Shown here piece by piece: positions 38,055 through 51,097 of a DNA stretch of 64,000 nt. Position 1 is the stretch's first letter. Each line of letters opens with the position of its first letter. Source of the DNA: Eledone cirrhosa. Lineage: Eukaryota. Below the pieces are notes generated by a model. It searched no databases, had not been told where the DNA came from, and was given only the letters and a program-made list of their open reading frames with translations. The stretch spans positions 10,106,001 through 10,170,000 of the forward strand of contig OZ024756.1 in assembly GCA_964016885.1 (NCBI GenBank), written 5' to 3'. A program made the position numbers and the translations under genes.

Positions 38055-39177
38055 CAGGGAAAAATGAGGGCGCATGTAAAGAAATATTCTTAAATTAATA
38101 AACCTAGAAAAGTAAAGGACAAGTTATTACACCTGGAAAAGTAAAGGACAAGAAAACTTCTTAAAACTTCTTAAAATATTGCAGCTATAGTATAAATTTG
38201 AATAATAAAAAATATTTGATTTAAATATACATAGAAAGTGATAAATTCTAATAATACAGTTGACTCTCTAATTGATAATAATACTAATTTATGATCATTT
38301 ATTTAATTTTGTGATCCTAATTTACACCATAGTGTCATTAAATAAATATACTTTATTTTACTTTACTAAATGGGACTGAAAAAATGAGTGACAATTATAA
38401 ACATCAAATAAAACAAAATTTTGGCGTGTAAATGACACTAACAATTAATTAATAATTAATTAGGGAGCCAACTGTAATGATAAATAATAACAAATTATAA
38501 TTGTTTAATAATGAAATTTAAGACCTGTCAGAGATCAAAATAACCAATCTACATTTTTAGGTAGAGTAAAATTAGACTACAATTAAAAATTAAACATTGT
38601 CTAATTCAACAGTTCATCTAATGAATTGATGAATTCACTATAAATGAATAATTGATGAATTGACTTTTACCTAATTTTGCCCCTCGAGATGTTGAATTTT
38701 ACTATATTATATAAAAAATCTGTAATACTCATAAAAAGTGCAATTATATGATGCACTGTTTTTGATTTATTTTACTGCATTATTTTATAACTAAATTTTT
38801 AAAAATATAATTTAACAAATATAATATAACATAAATTAATAAATTGTACATATTAATTATTATTATTATTATTAATTAATTATTGTACAAATTTTATTTT
38901 AAAAAGATTAATTTGTATACACCAAGAAAAAAATTAAGTATACAGTAGTCAACTCTCCCTATAAGACTTTAAAGTGATATTTTTTTTAACAATTAACTTA
39001 TAATTATTTATTTTTAGTTTTATAATCTAAATATTTTTTTTCAAATTTAGACTTTAGCTGCAATATTTTAAGAAGTTTTCTTGTCCTTTACTTTTCCAGG
39101 TGTAATAACTTGTCCTTTACTTTTCTAGGTTTATTAATTTAAGAATTAAGAATTACATGCGCCCGCATTTTTCCCTG
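38055..39177. mobile_element. Tc1/mariner-like MITE with ~130-bp TIRs
   Basis: TA|CAGGGAAAAATG...GCAGCT and AGCTGC...CATTTTTCCCTG|TA; internal GAAAAGTAAAGGACAAG direct repeats in both TIRs; AT-rich non-coding interior. Confidence 0.7.
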
Positions 39178-39222
39178 TAATCCACTTTTTTTCCAGGCAA
39201 TGCAAGGATATTATATTAATAT

Positions 39223-39275
39223 CCCACGACCTTCGGATTGCCGGTCCGCTGCTCTACCGACTGAGCTACCTGACC
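39223..39275 (-). pseudogene. Truncated tRNA-like sequence (5' two-thirds only)
   Basis: GGTCAGGTAGCTCAGTCGGTAGAGCAGCGGACCGGCAATCCGAAGGTCGTGGG: D-arm and anticodon arm present, T-loop and 3' acceptor strand missing. Confidence 0.55.
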
Positions 39276-39595
39276 ACAATTCACTATTGCACAATCTATC
39301 ACTATTTTAATGTATTAGAAATTAGAAACAAACTAAGCGTTACTTATGTATGTAGTTCCTTACACTCTTTTGGTCCTCACTTATTTTTATGTAACTTTTT
39401 TTCTACTGAACCAAATTTCAATATTTTTATGTCAAAAAGTAGCTTATCTGTGGTCCTATAAAGGGCAAAAAACTGCATCCAATTCTATCAAAAATTAAAT
39501 TAGTGACAAAGCTTTGAAGGTGTCGCGAGTGACCGAAATGGGACCTTAAGAATATTATACACCTACTACCATAGGTGTATGATATATACATATTT

Positions 39596-39932
39596 TCATC
39601 ATCATCATTTCATTTTACGTCCACTTTTCCCTGCTTGCAAGGGTGGGACAGGAACTGATTCTGGCTTGATTTCTACAGCTGGATACCCTTCCTAACACCA
39701 ACCTCATTTACAGTGAGTGCTGGGTGCTTTTTTGCCATGGCACCTCCACGACCAATTTACAGTGGAATGATAGGGGCCCCAGTCCCTATCATCTCATTTC
39801 TACAGCTGAGTAAACTGGAGCAATGTGAAATAAAGTGTCTTGCTCAAGGAAACAACACATCACCCGGTCTGAGAATTGAACTCAGAACCTTTCGATTGCA
39901 AGGCCAATGCTCTAACCACTAAGCCATGTGCC
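39596..39932 (-). mobile_element. CORE-type SINE family 2, full length
   Basis: Near-identical to 36903-37223. Confidence 0.85.
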
Positions 39933-40917
39933 TACATATCTATATATATACATATATATGCATATCTATATATATACATATCTATATATATATATACATA
40001 TATATACATATCTATATATATACATATCTATATATATATATACATATATATACATATCTATATATATACATGTATATACATATCTATATATATACATGTA
40101 TATACATATCTATATATATACATATCTATATATATACATATATATACATATCTATATATATACATATATATATTGGTAAACGGAATAGAAAATGCTGACA
40201 AATTGTTCACAGTTGAAAAATGGTTTAATTAGGAATAAAAGAGTATATATTCAGTTGTTGTTTTAAGTTTTTAAGTTCTTACCGGTTGCGCATTTCTAAA
40301 TGTGTCCGTGTTGTTTGCTCTACATATCTATATATGTACATATATATACATATATATATATATACATATATATATACATATATATGCATATCTATCTATA
40401 TATATACATATATATACATATCTATATATATACATATATCTATATACATATCTATATATATACATATATATACATATCTCTATATATATACATATCTATA
40501 TATATACATATATATACATATCTATATATATACATATATATACATATCTATATATATACATATCTATATATACATATCTATATATATACATATATATATA
40601 CATATCTATATATATACATATATATACATATCTATATATATACATATCTATATATATACATATATCTATATACATATCTATATATATACATATATATACA
40701 TATCTCTATATATATACATATCTATATATATACATATCTATATATATACATATATATACATATCTATATATATACATATCTATATATACATATCTATATA
40801 TATACATATATATATACATATCTATATATATACATATATATACATATCTATATATATACATATCTATATATATACATATATATACATATCTCTATATATA
40901 TACATATCTATGTATAT

Positions 40918-41546
40918 GGTGTTGAAGTATAAAGACGTGTTTTCACTTCTCTCCCGGAGTAAGCAGCAAGTCACACAGCTACAAAACAAAACCAAACAAA
41001 CCAAATTGACCGGTCAATTACATTTATATACATCTATATTCTTATATATTTGAAGCCACGTGTTTACCAACTTGTGAGTACATTTTCCTTTAACTACAAA
41101 TTATTATATACTTTTGTCTTTTCATTAATTTCATTAATTTCAAATAAACAGAATATATTTATATATTTATATATATATACTCATATTTATATATACACTT
41201 CTCACTCACACACAAGAAAAACAAAAAAAAATATATTGAAATACACACACTCAAAACTAGAATGGCTAACCAGCAAAAACCAAACAGAACTGGTCTGATA
41301 ATGAAATCGACATTCTAATAAGCACATGGCATTGCCTTACCCAAACAGAAGACATAGATGCTTCATGTCTGAACGACATTGCTAAACGTACAGTTCACCT
41401 TTTGAAAACCCGATCTGAACAACAGATTCAAAATAAATTAAAGCAAATCGAAGTTGCTCTTAAATTAATCAATAAACATTTGGATAAACTACGGTGTGTT
41501 TTTTCTTCGGATGCTGTCCAGCAGCAGCAACAACATCAGCAGCAGC

Positions 41547-41592
<46 letters not shown>

Positions 41593-41606
41593 GCAACAGC
41601 AACAGC

Positions 41607-41638
<32 letters not shown>

Positions 41639-44600
41639 CGACAACGACAACAACAACAACTACAGTGTGAACCACTCCTTGATCTACTAAATGAAACTAT
41701 TGACCTCCCAGTAGCCTCTGTCTCACAGCAGGAAACGCCTCTTCCTTTCTCTGCCCCAGCAGTCCAATCATCACCACTGCCAACATCTCTGCCTACTACT
41801 ACTACTACAACATCTTTGTCTACTGCTATCTCAAGGAATTTACCTTCTAATACCAGTACAAGAACTCTCCCTCCCACAGTCCACAAAGGTAGTCAAATCC
41901 TACTCAAACCATCATCTACACCTCTCACAACACACACACCCACATACCCACCCACTCGAAACCCCATCATTTGCCGCTACTCTCTACGCTATAGAATATG
42001 TACGGATAGTGGCTGCAAATTCACCCATTTACCTAGGACAAAACGATCTATCCCCACAAACAGCCACCACCATAATACATACTCTAATTTAACACCAACA
42101 CAACCACCAATAACTCAAACAAGGAATCCATAAATCTGCCGCTTTTCCCTGCGAGACAGATTGTGTTTAGACCGGGATTGTCCCTTTACCCATCTCCCGG
42201 GGACCCGTCGGACAAAATGAAAATAAAAATAAAAATAAAAGCAAAAACAAAAACAAAAACCATAACCTACATAAAAATAACCAATACCACAGTCACCAAC
42301 AGTCTCCTAAACAGGAAACTTCTCCCTCTTTTTTAGCCATAATGAATCTGGCAAAAGAACTGGAAAAAAACATTCGAGCTATCACCCAGCACCACCCTCC
42401 ACTATCACCCCACTGCACAAACTCCCATTGCTGCCATTAACAAACAAACAAATTAACAACACACCAAAACAATTAAAACCAATATTTTTGCTTAACGCCC
42501 AAGGCATCAGCCCTTCCACCAATACTCAAAAATGGAAGATCAAATTCCTGGAGGACTGGGTTGATGTCCATCCAAACCACATCCCTTTCTTCGTCCTCAC
42601 TGAAACCCATCTCAGTAACCTCCACTTGGAAGCCAAGGTGAAAGTGAAAAATTTCAAAGCCATCCGTGCTGATCGCGCTGGCAGAAGAAAGGGTGGGACT
42701 GCCATTTATGTCCATAATTCTTTCTCAACAGAGGCTATGAACATATTTACTAATGGATACTGCGAAGCAGTCACTGTATTCAGTCAAACCAACAACCTAA
42801 TAGTAGTTGGGCTCTATAGGCCACCCCAAACGCCTCTACCATGCTTCAAGGAATGCCTCAACAGCATAAAGTGTTTCATCCAAGAGTGTCACCCTGACAA
42901 CATCTTAATGATGGGGGACTTCAACCTCCCCGGAGTTGACTGGTCCACAAACAGCCTGCCACCAGGTTCTTCTGCCTCAACTTCTGACAGGGAAGCAGTG
43001 GAATCACTTCTTGACTTCATGGATGATTTCTTCCTGTCCCAACTGGTGCTCGAACCAATGAGGTGCCACAAAAACATCCTAGACTTAATTTTCAGCAATC
43101 ACACTGACAATATCCACAATATTGCAGTGGAGAAAATTCTACTCTCTGATCATGACATGGTTCTCTGTGATCTGAGATTCCACCGTCCAATATACAAACC
43201 CAATGTCATCTCTCCTGTCCATCCGTTTGACGCTATGGATTTCCACAATGCAAACTGGGAAGCGATCAGTCATGATCTTGCACATGTCAACTGGTCCTTC
43301 ACGCACGCTAACATCAAAAAGTCCTGGCAGACATTTGTGGACACTGTTACAAACATATGTGCAAAACACACCCCATTAAGGACTATAAACAAATCTAAGA
43401 GCAGAATCCCTAGAAATTAGAAAAACGCTTATCAGGAAAATTAAGAGAACTAACAAAAAAATCAACAAGCTGAAATACTGTCAGCAGCAACACATCAACT
43501 TGACTGCCATTTCATCACTAGAGATTAAAAAACATAACCTCCAAAGCAATATGATGTTTATCATCAACAATCAGAGAAGAGCTGAAGAGGCCTGGGCCAT
43601 TGAGAAGATCAAACTCAATCCCAAAGTGTTCTTTTCATTTGCAAAAAAACACAAAATCACTGGCCCTCTAATTGATGAAAATGGCACTCTTCAAGACATG
43701 GGTGAGAAACAATACTGCTCTGTTTTCAGCAATCTTGATATGGCCGATCTGGGCTGTATCGGCGATGTTACTCCCCATTACACCTTATCGGACATAACGT
43801 TTGGTGCCCCTGATGTCTTAGCGGCAATAAAGGAAATCAAGCATAATTCAGCAGTAGGTCCCGATAGGTTCCCTGCTTGTGTCTTGAAGGCGTGTCAACA
43901 CCAACTTGCATCTCCTCTTGCCAATCTGTGGCGGAACTCACTGGATGCTGGATATGTGCCAGAAAACCTTCTATCCCAGTCTGTTGTCCCAGTATTCAAA
44001 AAAGGAAACAAATCCCTTGCCGTGAATTACCGTCCAATCTCACTCACCTCTCATATCATTAAGGTATTTGAGAGAGTGGTGAGATCGCGAATGACTCACT
44101 TCCTTGAGAGTAACAATATGCTGAACTCCAACCAGCATGGATTCCGTAATGGAAGGGATTGCTTGACGCAGCTACTGCATCACTTTGATGACATTTTGAG
44201 AGCCTTGGGAGAGGGTTCCAACACTGATGTTATCTACCTTGATTTCAGCAAGGCCTTTGACAGGGTTGATCACAACATTCTACTGAGAAAGCTGTCCAAT
44301 ATTGGTGTCACTGGAAAGCTGTTGCAGTGGATCAAGAGCTTCCTGTCAAACAGAACTCAACATGTTGTAGTCGAAGGAGTCAAATCCAGCCCAGCCAAAG
44401 TCAGTAGTGGGGTCCCACAAGGCACTGTGTTGGGCCCACTTCTCTTCATCAGCTATATTAATGACATCACTGACATCATCAAACACAGCAACATTAGAAT
44501 TTTCGCTGATGATTCCAAGCTCCAAAAGGTCATCAATGGCGTGGATGACCGGATAAGCCTTCAGTCAGACCTACTGGCTGTTACCCAATGGGCAAAAAAT

Positions 44601-45372
44601 AACATGTTACTGAACGAAGACAAATTAGAACTGATCCACTTTGGAAAAGAGGATGCTCTGAAACTCCCGTACTCCCTTCCCTCCGGTGAAACTCTCGTGG
44701 CATCTAACAATATCAGAGACTTGGGAGTAACCATGGACAGCAACATAAGCTGGGCCACGCATATAAGCAGCAAAGTTGACATGGCCCGCAAAGTTGACCT
44801 TCCAGTCGAGAGATTCCCACACCATTATCCTTCTCTTCTCCACTTTTGCCCGACCACACCTTGAATACTGTTGTCCACTGTGGTCTCCCCACACGAAACA
44901 AAGTATCATGAAACTTGAAGCTCCCCAAAGGGCAATCACGAAAAAGATAGATGGCATGTCAGACCTTGACTACTGGGGTCGACTAGAAAAGCTGAAACTT
45001 TACTCACTCCAACGTCGCCGTGATGTGGAAAATGTTTCATCAGCACTGCCCAAAAAATCTAAATCGCAACTCATAACAACAATACGGCATAATTATTTCA
45101 CTTCAATTGGCCCTGCTCTCTTCAACATCACACCAGGACACGTCAAAACAGAAACTGACCACACAAAATTCAAGAAGTCTTTGGACAAATTCCTCCAAGT
45201 AATCCCAGACAAACCACCCACACCCGGATATGTCTCCGCAAACAGTAATTCTCTTCTCGAATGGGCCATGGTGCCCAGATCCTGAATTGAAAGACTTCGT
45301 CAGGTGGTGCTCTTAAGATAGACATGGCCTGGGCCAATACTGGCCAAAACATTTCAAAGTTATTCAAAGTTA
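40918..45372 (+). mobile_element. Near-full-length CR1-type LINE (inactivated)
   Basis: 5' UTR, then ORF1 remnant (~41262-42400), then ORF2 with APE domain (LNAQGI, LTETHL, MGDFNLP, ILDLIF, SDHD) and RT (NYRPISLTS, YLDFSKAFDRVDH, SGVPQGTVLGPLLF, IFADDSK). Stop at 43418-43420 and frameshifts; tail TTCAAAGTTA x2; flanked by (TA)n. Confidence 0.92.
41262..42200 (+). pseudogene. LINE ORF1: Myb/SANT-like domain + polyQ + two CCCH zinc fingers
   Basis: NWSDNEIDILISTW...RSEQQIQNKLKQI in frame from 41288; Q-run; CRYSLRYRICTDSGCKFTH and, after an in-frame TAA, CRFSLRDRLCLDRDCPFTH. Confidence 0.65.
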
Positions 45373-45392
45373 TATATATACATATATATATA

Positions 45393-47003
45393 TAAGCTAA
45401 AGGACCCCACAGCCAGAAATAAATTTAAAAGCATATTACTTGATGCTTTCGACAGTAAGGAAGAGCAATTAGAGTCGTACAATATAGAGGAACAGTGGGA
45501 ATTCCTGAAAGCAAACCTGCCGATGGCGGCAGACGAAGTCTGTGGCTGGAGCAGGCCTGTAGGCAGGAGGAGAGTAACATGGTGGTGGAACAGTAAGGTG
45601 GAGGAGTCAATTAAGGCCAAAAAGCAGGCTTGGAAAGTATGGGTGAAGTAGAGAAGCACTATCAAGTGGCCAGGAGGGAAGCTAGGAGACAAGTGTACTT
45701 CGCAAGAAGGGCAGCAGAGGAAAGAAAGTTCAAGCATGTTCTACAACGCGAGGACCAAAAACGTGAGGTGTTCAGGATTGCTAGGCAATGTGTCAAGGAA
45801 AACCGTGATATTGTCGGGGAGAAGTGTGTACTTAATGATGATGGCGTACTTGCCATCACTGACGCTGATAAGAAGGTAGCTTGGAAGTGTCACTACGAAA
45901 GGCTACTAAATGAGGAGAATAAATGGGAGAAAGACAGTCTCCCCCACATCGACCCAATAGAGGGACCAGCAGTGTTAGTCGAAGGTAGTATAATAAGTAA
46001 GGCAATCAAAGATATGAAGACGGGTAAGGCGGCTGGGCCTTCGGAAATAGTTGCTGAGATGCTGAAAGCCTCTGGAACGGTGGTAAACCAAGTCATACAG
46101 AATGGGGTTATTCCGAAGGACTGGCGGAGCAGCATCATCATTAACTGCTACAAGGGTAAAGGAGACGCCCCAAATAGGAGTAACTATAGAGGCATTAAAT
46201 TAATCGACCAGGTCATGAAGGTCACGGAAAAAGTAATAACGCAACTAATCAGAGAGAGAATTGATCTAGATGAAATGCAGTTCGGGTTTGTGTCAGGCAA
46301 AAGTACCACAGATGCTCTTTTCATAGTACGACAACTACAGGAGAAGTACCTAGCTAAAAGTAAACCCCTATACTTAGCTTTTGTCGACTTGGAAAAAGCC
46401 TTCGACAGAGTCCCCCGTTCCATTATCTGGTGGGCTCTTAGAAAACTAGGTGTTGATGATGGCTTGTGAGAGCTATACAAGCCATGTATAAAGAAACAGT
46501 CAGCAAGGTTAGAATTAACAACGAATATAGTGAAGAGTTTAGTGTAAAAGCTGGTGTTCATCAGGGCTCTGTTCTTAGCCCCCTACTATTTATTATTGCC
46601 CTTCAGGCTATAACAGTGGAGTTCAAGACCGGCTGCCCATGGGAACTCCTATATGCAGATGATCTAACGCTCATAGCTGAATCAATGGCCGAGCTAGAGA
46701 AGAAATTCCAAACATGGAAGCACGGCCTAGAATCAAAAGGCCTTAAAAATAAACTGGCTAAGACTAAAGTTCTAGTTTGTAGGAAAGAAAATAAGGCGGC
46801 GGTCCCTTCCGGGAAATGGCAATGCTCAGTGTGTAGGAAAGGCGTAGGCAGAAACTCCATTTTATGTCCCAAATGCAAAGTATGGGTGCATAAAAGATGT
46901 AGTGGGATCACAGGTAAGCTAACTAAGAACATAGATTTTACATGTGGCCGGTGCTCTGGTGCAATAAGTAGCAGCAAGTGCCCACAAAATACTAGCTCTT
47001 TCA
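45393..47003 (+). mobile_element. RTE LINE internal fragment (RT)
   Basis: AFVDLEKAFDRVPR, GVHQGSVLSPLLF, LLYADDL; nearly identical to 63650-64000 where they overlap. Confidence 0.92.
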
Positions 47004-50000
47004 GTGCTGCGATCGAATGTGGCTTTTTAGCCCAGCCAATGATCTACAATGTCTTGCACAGAGTCGGCAACCAAAACATTCACTGGGAATAGTCGGCTGT
47101 GGTTGGAGTTCGTGTACTTTTGCATTTCGCTTGAGCCCTCCTGCTGATTTAATTCTCTACCACATGTTTGGCAAGCATAATGAGTAGCATCTCCAACAGC
47201 AGCCTGGTAGTCAACCACTGGTCTTACTTTATGACTGCGAAGATGACTTTCGAGTCCAGCTTTGCTTAGGCAGAATCTCGCACAGACGCTGCATGTCAGC
47301 ACCATAGGAGGACCCTCGCCGTCTGGAAGTGCAACAGCAATTCCCTTCCTCACATCCCGCTTTACTTTCTCGTGTGCAACTTTTCCCTCATATACAGTCT
47401 TTCTCCATTTATTACGATCAGCAGCAATATTTTCCCATGTATCAGCAGAGATGTTAGCGTCTTTCAGAGAGGCTTTCAAGGAATCCTTATACCTCTTTTT
47501 TGGTTTATGTGGCGGTCGTTTTCCTTTAACCAACTCTCCATAGAAGAGTTGTTTTGGTATTCTAGAATCCTTCATCCTGGCAAGGTGACCACTCCAACGG
47601 AGTCGTTGCTTAAGCACAAGAGCTTCTATACTGTCACACATAGAGCTTTCCAAAATCTCGACATCACTGATGTGGTCCCTCCAGTGAACGCCATGGATCC
47701 GTTTGAGACACATCTGATGGAAACGCTCCAATTGCTTAAGGTGGTGTCGATATGTGACCCAGGTCTCGCAGGCATAAAGAAGACAAGAGAGTACACATGC
47801 CCTGTACACCTTTACCTTTGTCCTGCATATGTCTCGCCGACCCCAGAGTCGCCTTTCTAGCTTTCCGAAAGCATCATTTGCTTTCCTAATCCTAAGTGGG
47901 ATTTCACTGTCAAGGTTGCCGTATCGATTGACAGTGCTTCCCAGGTAGACAAACTGATCAACCACTCCAAGTCGTTTGCCATACACATAGATGTTTGGTT
48001 CAGTGTACTGCTTACTAGGGGCAGGTTGGTACATGACGACGGTTTTCTTGAGACTGACAGTCAAACCCAGGGCAGTGCAAGCGCCAGAAAATGCATTCAA
48101 AATGTGCTGCATATCACTCTCTGTGTGCGCTACAAGATCGCAATCATCTGCATACAGGAGGTCTCTTATGATTGATGTAAATACTTTTGTCTTCGCAGCA
48201 AAGCGCCTGATGTTAAATATGCTGCCTGAGGTTCGATATCGGATGTAAACACCATGCTCGCAATTCCTGAATGCAATACAGAAAACCATTGCAAAGTATA
48301 TGGCAAACAGGGTCGGTGCTGGAATATCCCCCTGTTTCACTCCATTGTTTACTGAGATAGGCTCGGACATGTTACCTCCGACATTAACCCAAGCCTTCAT
48401 GTCGTCATGGAAAGACCTAACTAAAGCAAGGAACTTATCAGGGCAACCAAGTTTCTGGAGAACCTTCCATAATGCCTCTCTGTTGACAGTATCGAAAGCC
48501 TTTGTCAGATCGACAAAAACCTGATACAGATCCAAGCCTTGTTCAATGCACTTCTCCTGGAGCTGTCTAGCTGAGAAGATCATATCAGTAGTGCCGCGTC
48601 CAGCACGAAAACCAGATTGACTTTCAGGAAGAACACAATCTGCAACGTGTGTCAGCAGACGGTCCAGAAGCACCCTACATAAAACTTTCCCTACGACAGA
48701 AAGCAATGATATACCTCTGTAGTTCCCACAATCATTCCTGTTACCCTTTCCCTTGTACAAGACCACCATTACTGCATCTCTCCAGTCCTCAGGTACGGAT
48801 TCATTAGCCCATATCCTTCCAAACAAAGAGTGCAGATGTTGCAGGAGTCTCTCACCACCATATTGTAGGAGCTCAGCATGTATGCCATCCATACCTGGAG
48901 ATCTTCCACTGTTCAGCTTCGAAATAGCCACTGCAACCTCCACAAGCGTCGGAGGTTCTGCGAGAGCTACTTTCACAGGACTTTCTGGAATGAGATTGAG
49001 GAAATCTTCACTGACGACAGACGGCTGATTCAAAAGATCATCAAAGTGCTCTCGCCACCTTCGTAGAATTCCCTTTGAGTCACAAAGAAGTTCTTTGCCA
49101 TCCTTGCTGCGAAGCGGTGTCACCAGAGAAGAAGACGGTCCATAAACCTCACGCAAGAGACTGTACAACAGCTTTGTGTTATTGGAATCAGACGCAGTTT
49201 GTATCTCACCAGCCTTCTCACTCCACCACTGATCCGCCTAACACGTGATTTTACATCCCTGAGCTCCTCATGCAACGTATTCCTCTCCTGTGGTTTTGCC
49301 GTCAAGTAGCGTGACAGAGCACGCCTCTTATCAGCCAACAAGTCTTCATTCTCATTAAACCAGTCCTGATGTTTTCTCTGCACCAATCCCAGAACACGCC
49401 TGCCTACATCATAAACCGACTTTTTAAGGGTCGGCCAATCCTCACCAAGATCTGCAGCCTGCATCTCTTCTTCCAATGTCCTCTTCACATTTTTATCCTT
49501 AAGACGAGCAGCATTCAATCTTTTGGGCAGGGTAACACCAGGAGCCCGGATTTTACGTTTGGTGATTAGTTTCACTTTTGCGCGTACCAGGCGGTGGTCC
49601 GTCCAGCACTCAGCTCCACGAAGAACACGAACACACTGCACATCCTGTCTGTCACGCATCCTGACTAGGACGTAGTCCAAAAGATGCCATTCCTTAGATG
49701 CAGGATGCATCCATGTGGTCTTGAATTTGTTCTTTTGTTGGAACATGGTGTTGGTAACACACAGATCCAGCTCCTCACACATCTGCAGCAGGAGCATACC
49801 ATTGCTGTTACACTTTCCCACCCCATGCCTTCCGATTACATTCCATGTGTTAAAATCCCTACCCACTCTAGCATTAAAGTCACCAAGCACGATGACTTTG
49901 TCTGCCTGAGGGATATTTCTTAGAACACCTTTCAAGGCATGGTAAAAGGACAGTTTTTCTTCATCGACAGAATTCATAGTTGGAGTATACACACTCACCA

Positions 50001-50822
50001 GGGTAGCATATCTTCCCTTGTCCAGCGGAACTCTCATGGACATAAGACGCTCACTAATCCCTACTGGGAATTCTTCTAATTTATTCACAAGTACAGTCTT
50101 AACAGCAAATCCTACCCCAGCCTCTCTTCTGGTTCCTTCATCTCTTCCTTTCCAGAAGAATGTATATTCTCCACAAAATTCCGTAAGATGACCATCTCCA
50201 GCTAACCTCGTCTCAGATAAAGCCACGATGTCAAGATCGTAACGTCGAAGCTCCTTTGCAACAAGAGCGGTCCTTCGTTCAGGACGCTCCAAGGAATCCC
50301 TGTCAAGCAGCGTCCGTACGTTCCAGCAGCCAAGACTAAATGCCTTGTTTGGCTCTATTACAATGGCACGATGACGAGCGGGCCCAGGCTGTGATAACTT
50401 GGGGCCCCTGCCCTTATTGCCAATGATCTCTTTTACATTGTTCTGGAACATCATTGAATTGGGGAAAAAAAAAAAAAAAAAAAAAGTAATAATAATAATA
50501 ATAATAATAATAGCAGTAGTACACTATTAATAATTATTAATGCACTCGTGCAATGCCTGTGCGTGACGAATATTTTTAAAGTGAGGAAAGACTGTGCACT
50601 GAGCCAATCCCGCTCTCTGAGCGACAGTAGCTATAACCCGAAAAGAAGAAAAGATCAACATCATCGGTAACTACTGAGCCGCAGGTTTTATATCGGAGTT
50701 AACCCAGTTTCCTGAGATGCCTTCTCCTAGAAGAATGCCCTGACAAGGGCTAGGGGTTCTTCACTCCCAGTGGTTTAACTGCGCGATCGGGCATCCAGCC
50801 CGATTATTTCTGTCCCCGCGCG
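47003..50822 (-). mobile_element. Near-full-length RTE (BovB/RTE-1-like) LINE, frameshifted
   Basis: ORF 49120-50454 is the APE domain (GCWNVRTL, ALSETRL, LGDFNARVG, WTDHRLV). ORF 47027-49168 is the RT (NYRGISLLS, FVDLTKAFDTV, LLYADDC) with C-terminal C2H2 fingers (CSVCARFCLSKAGLESHLRSH). Putative 5' UTR extends to ~50822. Confidence 0.93.
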
Positions 50823-51031
50823 CAAAAAAAAAAAAAAAAAAAAAAAAAACTCACTTATTGACACTTATACGTACAACATACACACACACGCATACATATG
50901 CGCGCACACAGCAACACATACATACAAACAAACACACACACACGCTACTCTACTCACTTACACGCACACACACATATATATATATATATATGATATTAAA
51001 TAAATGGAAACTATATTTATAAAACCATATT

Positions 51032-51097
51032 TATTTCATTATATATATTTCAGGGATATCATATTAACAATATGTTATGCCTTCTTCAGACAAAATA
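51032..51097 (-). ncRNA. Minimal type I hammerhead ribozyme in Penelope terminal repeat (sense to ORF)
   Basis: Reverse complement of 53508-53573. Confidence 0.7.

Noticed and set aside
39223-39275. Functional tRNA gene
   Set aside because: Lacks the T-loop/B box and 3' acceptor strand; non-canonical anticodon loop.
50690-50822. HDV-like ribozyme in the RTE 5' UTR
   Set aside because: GC-rich hairpins are present, but I could not thread the nested double pseudoknot by eye; needs an RNArobo/Infernal search.
45393-50822. Simple nesting of the minus-strand RTE inside the plus-strand RTE
   Set aside because: The 3' remainder of the plus-strand RTE does not resume after 50850 and no TSD is visible; more likely truncation or deletion.
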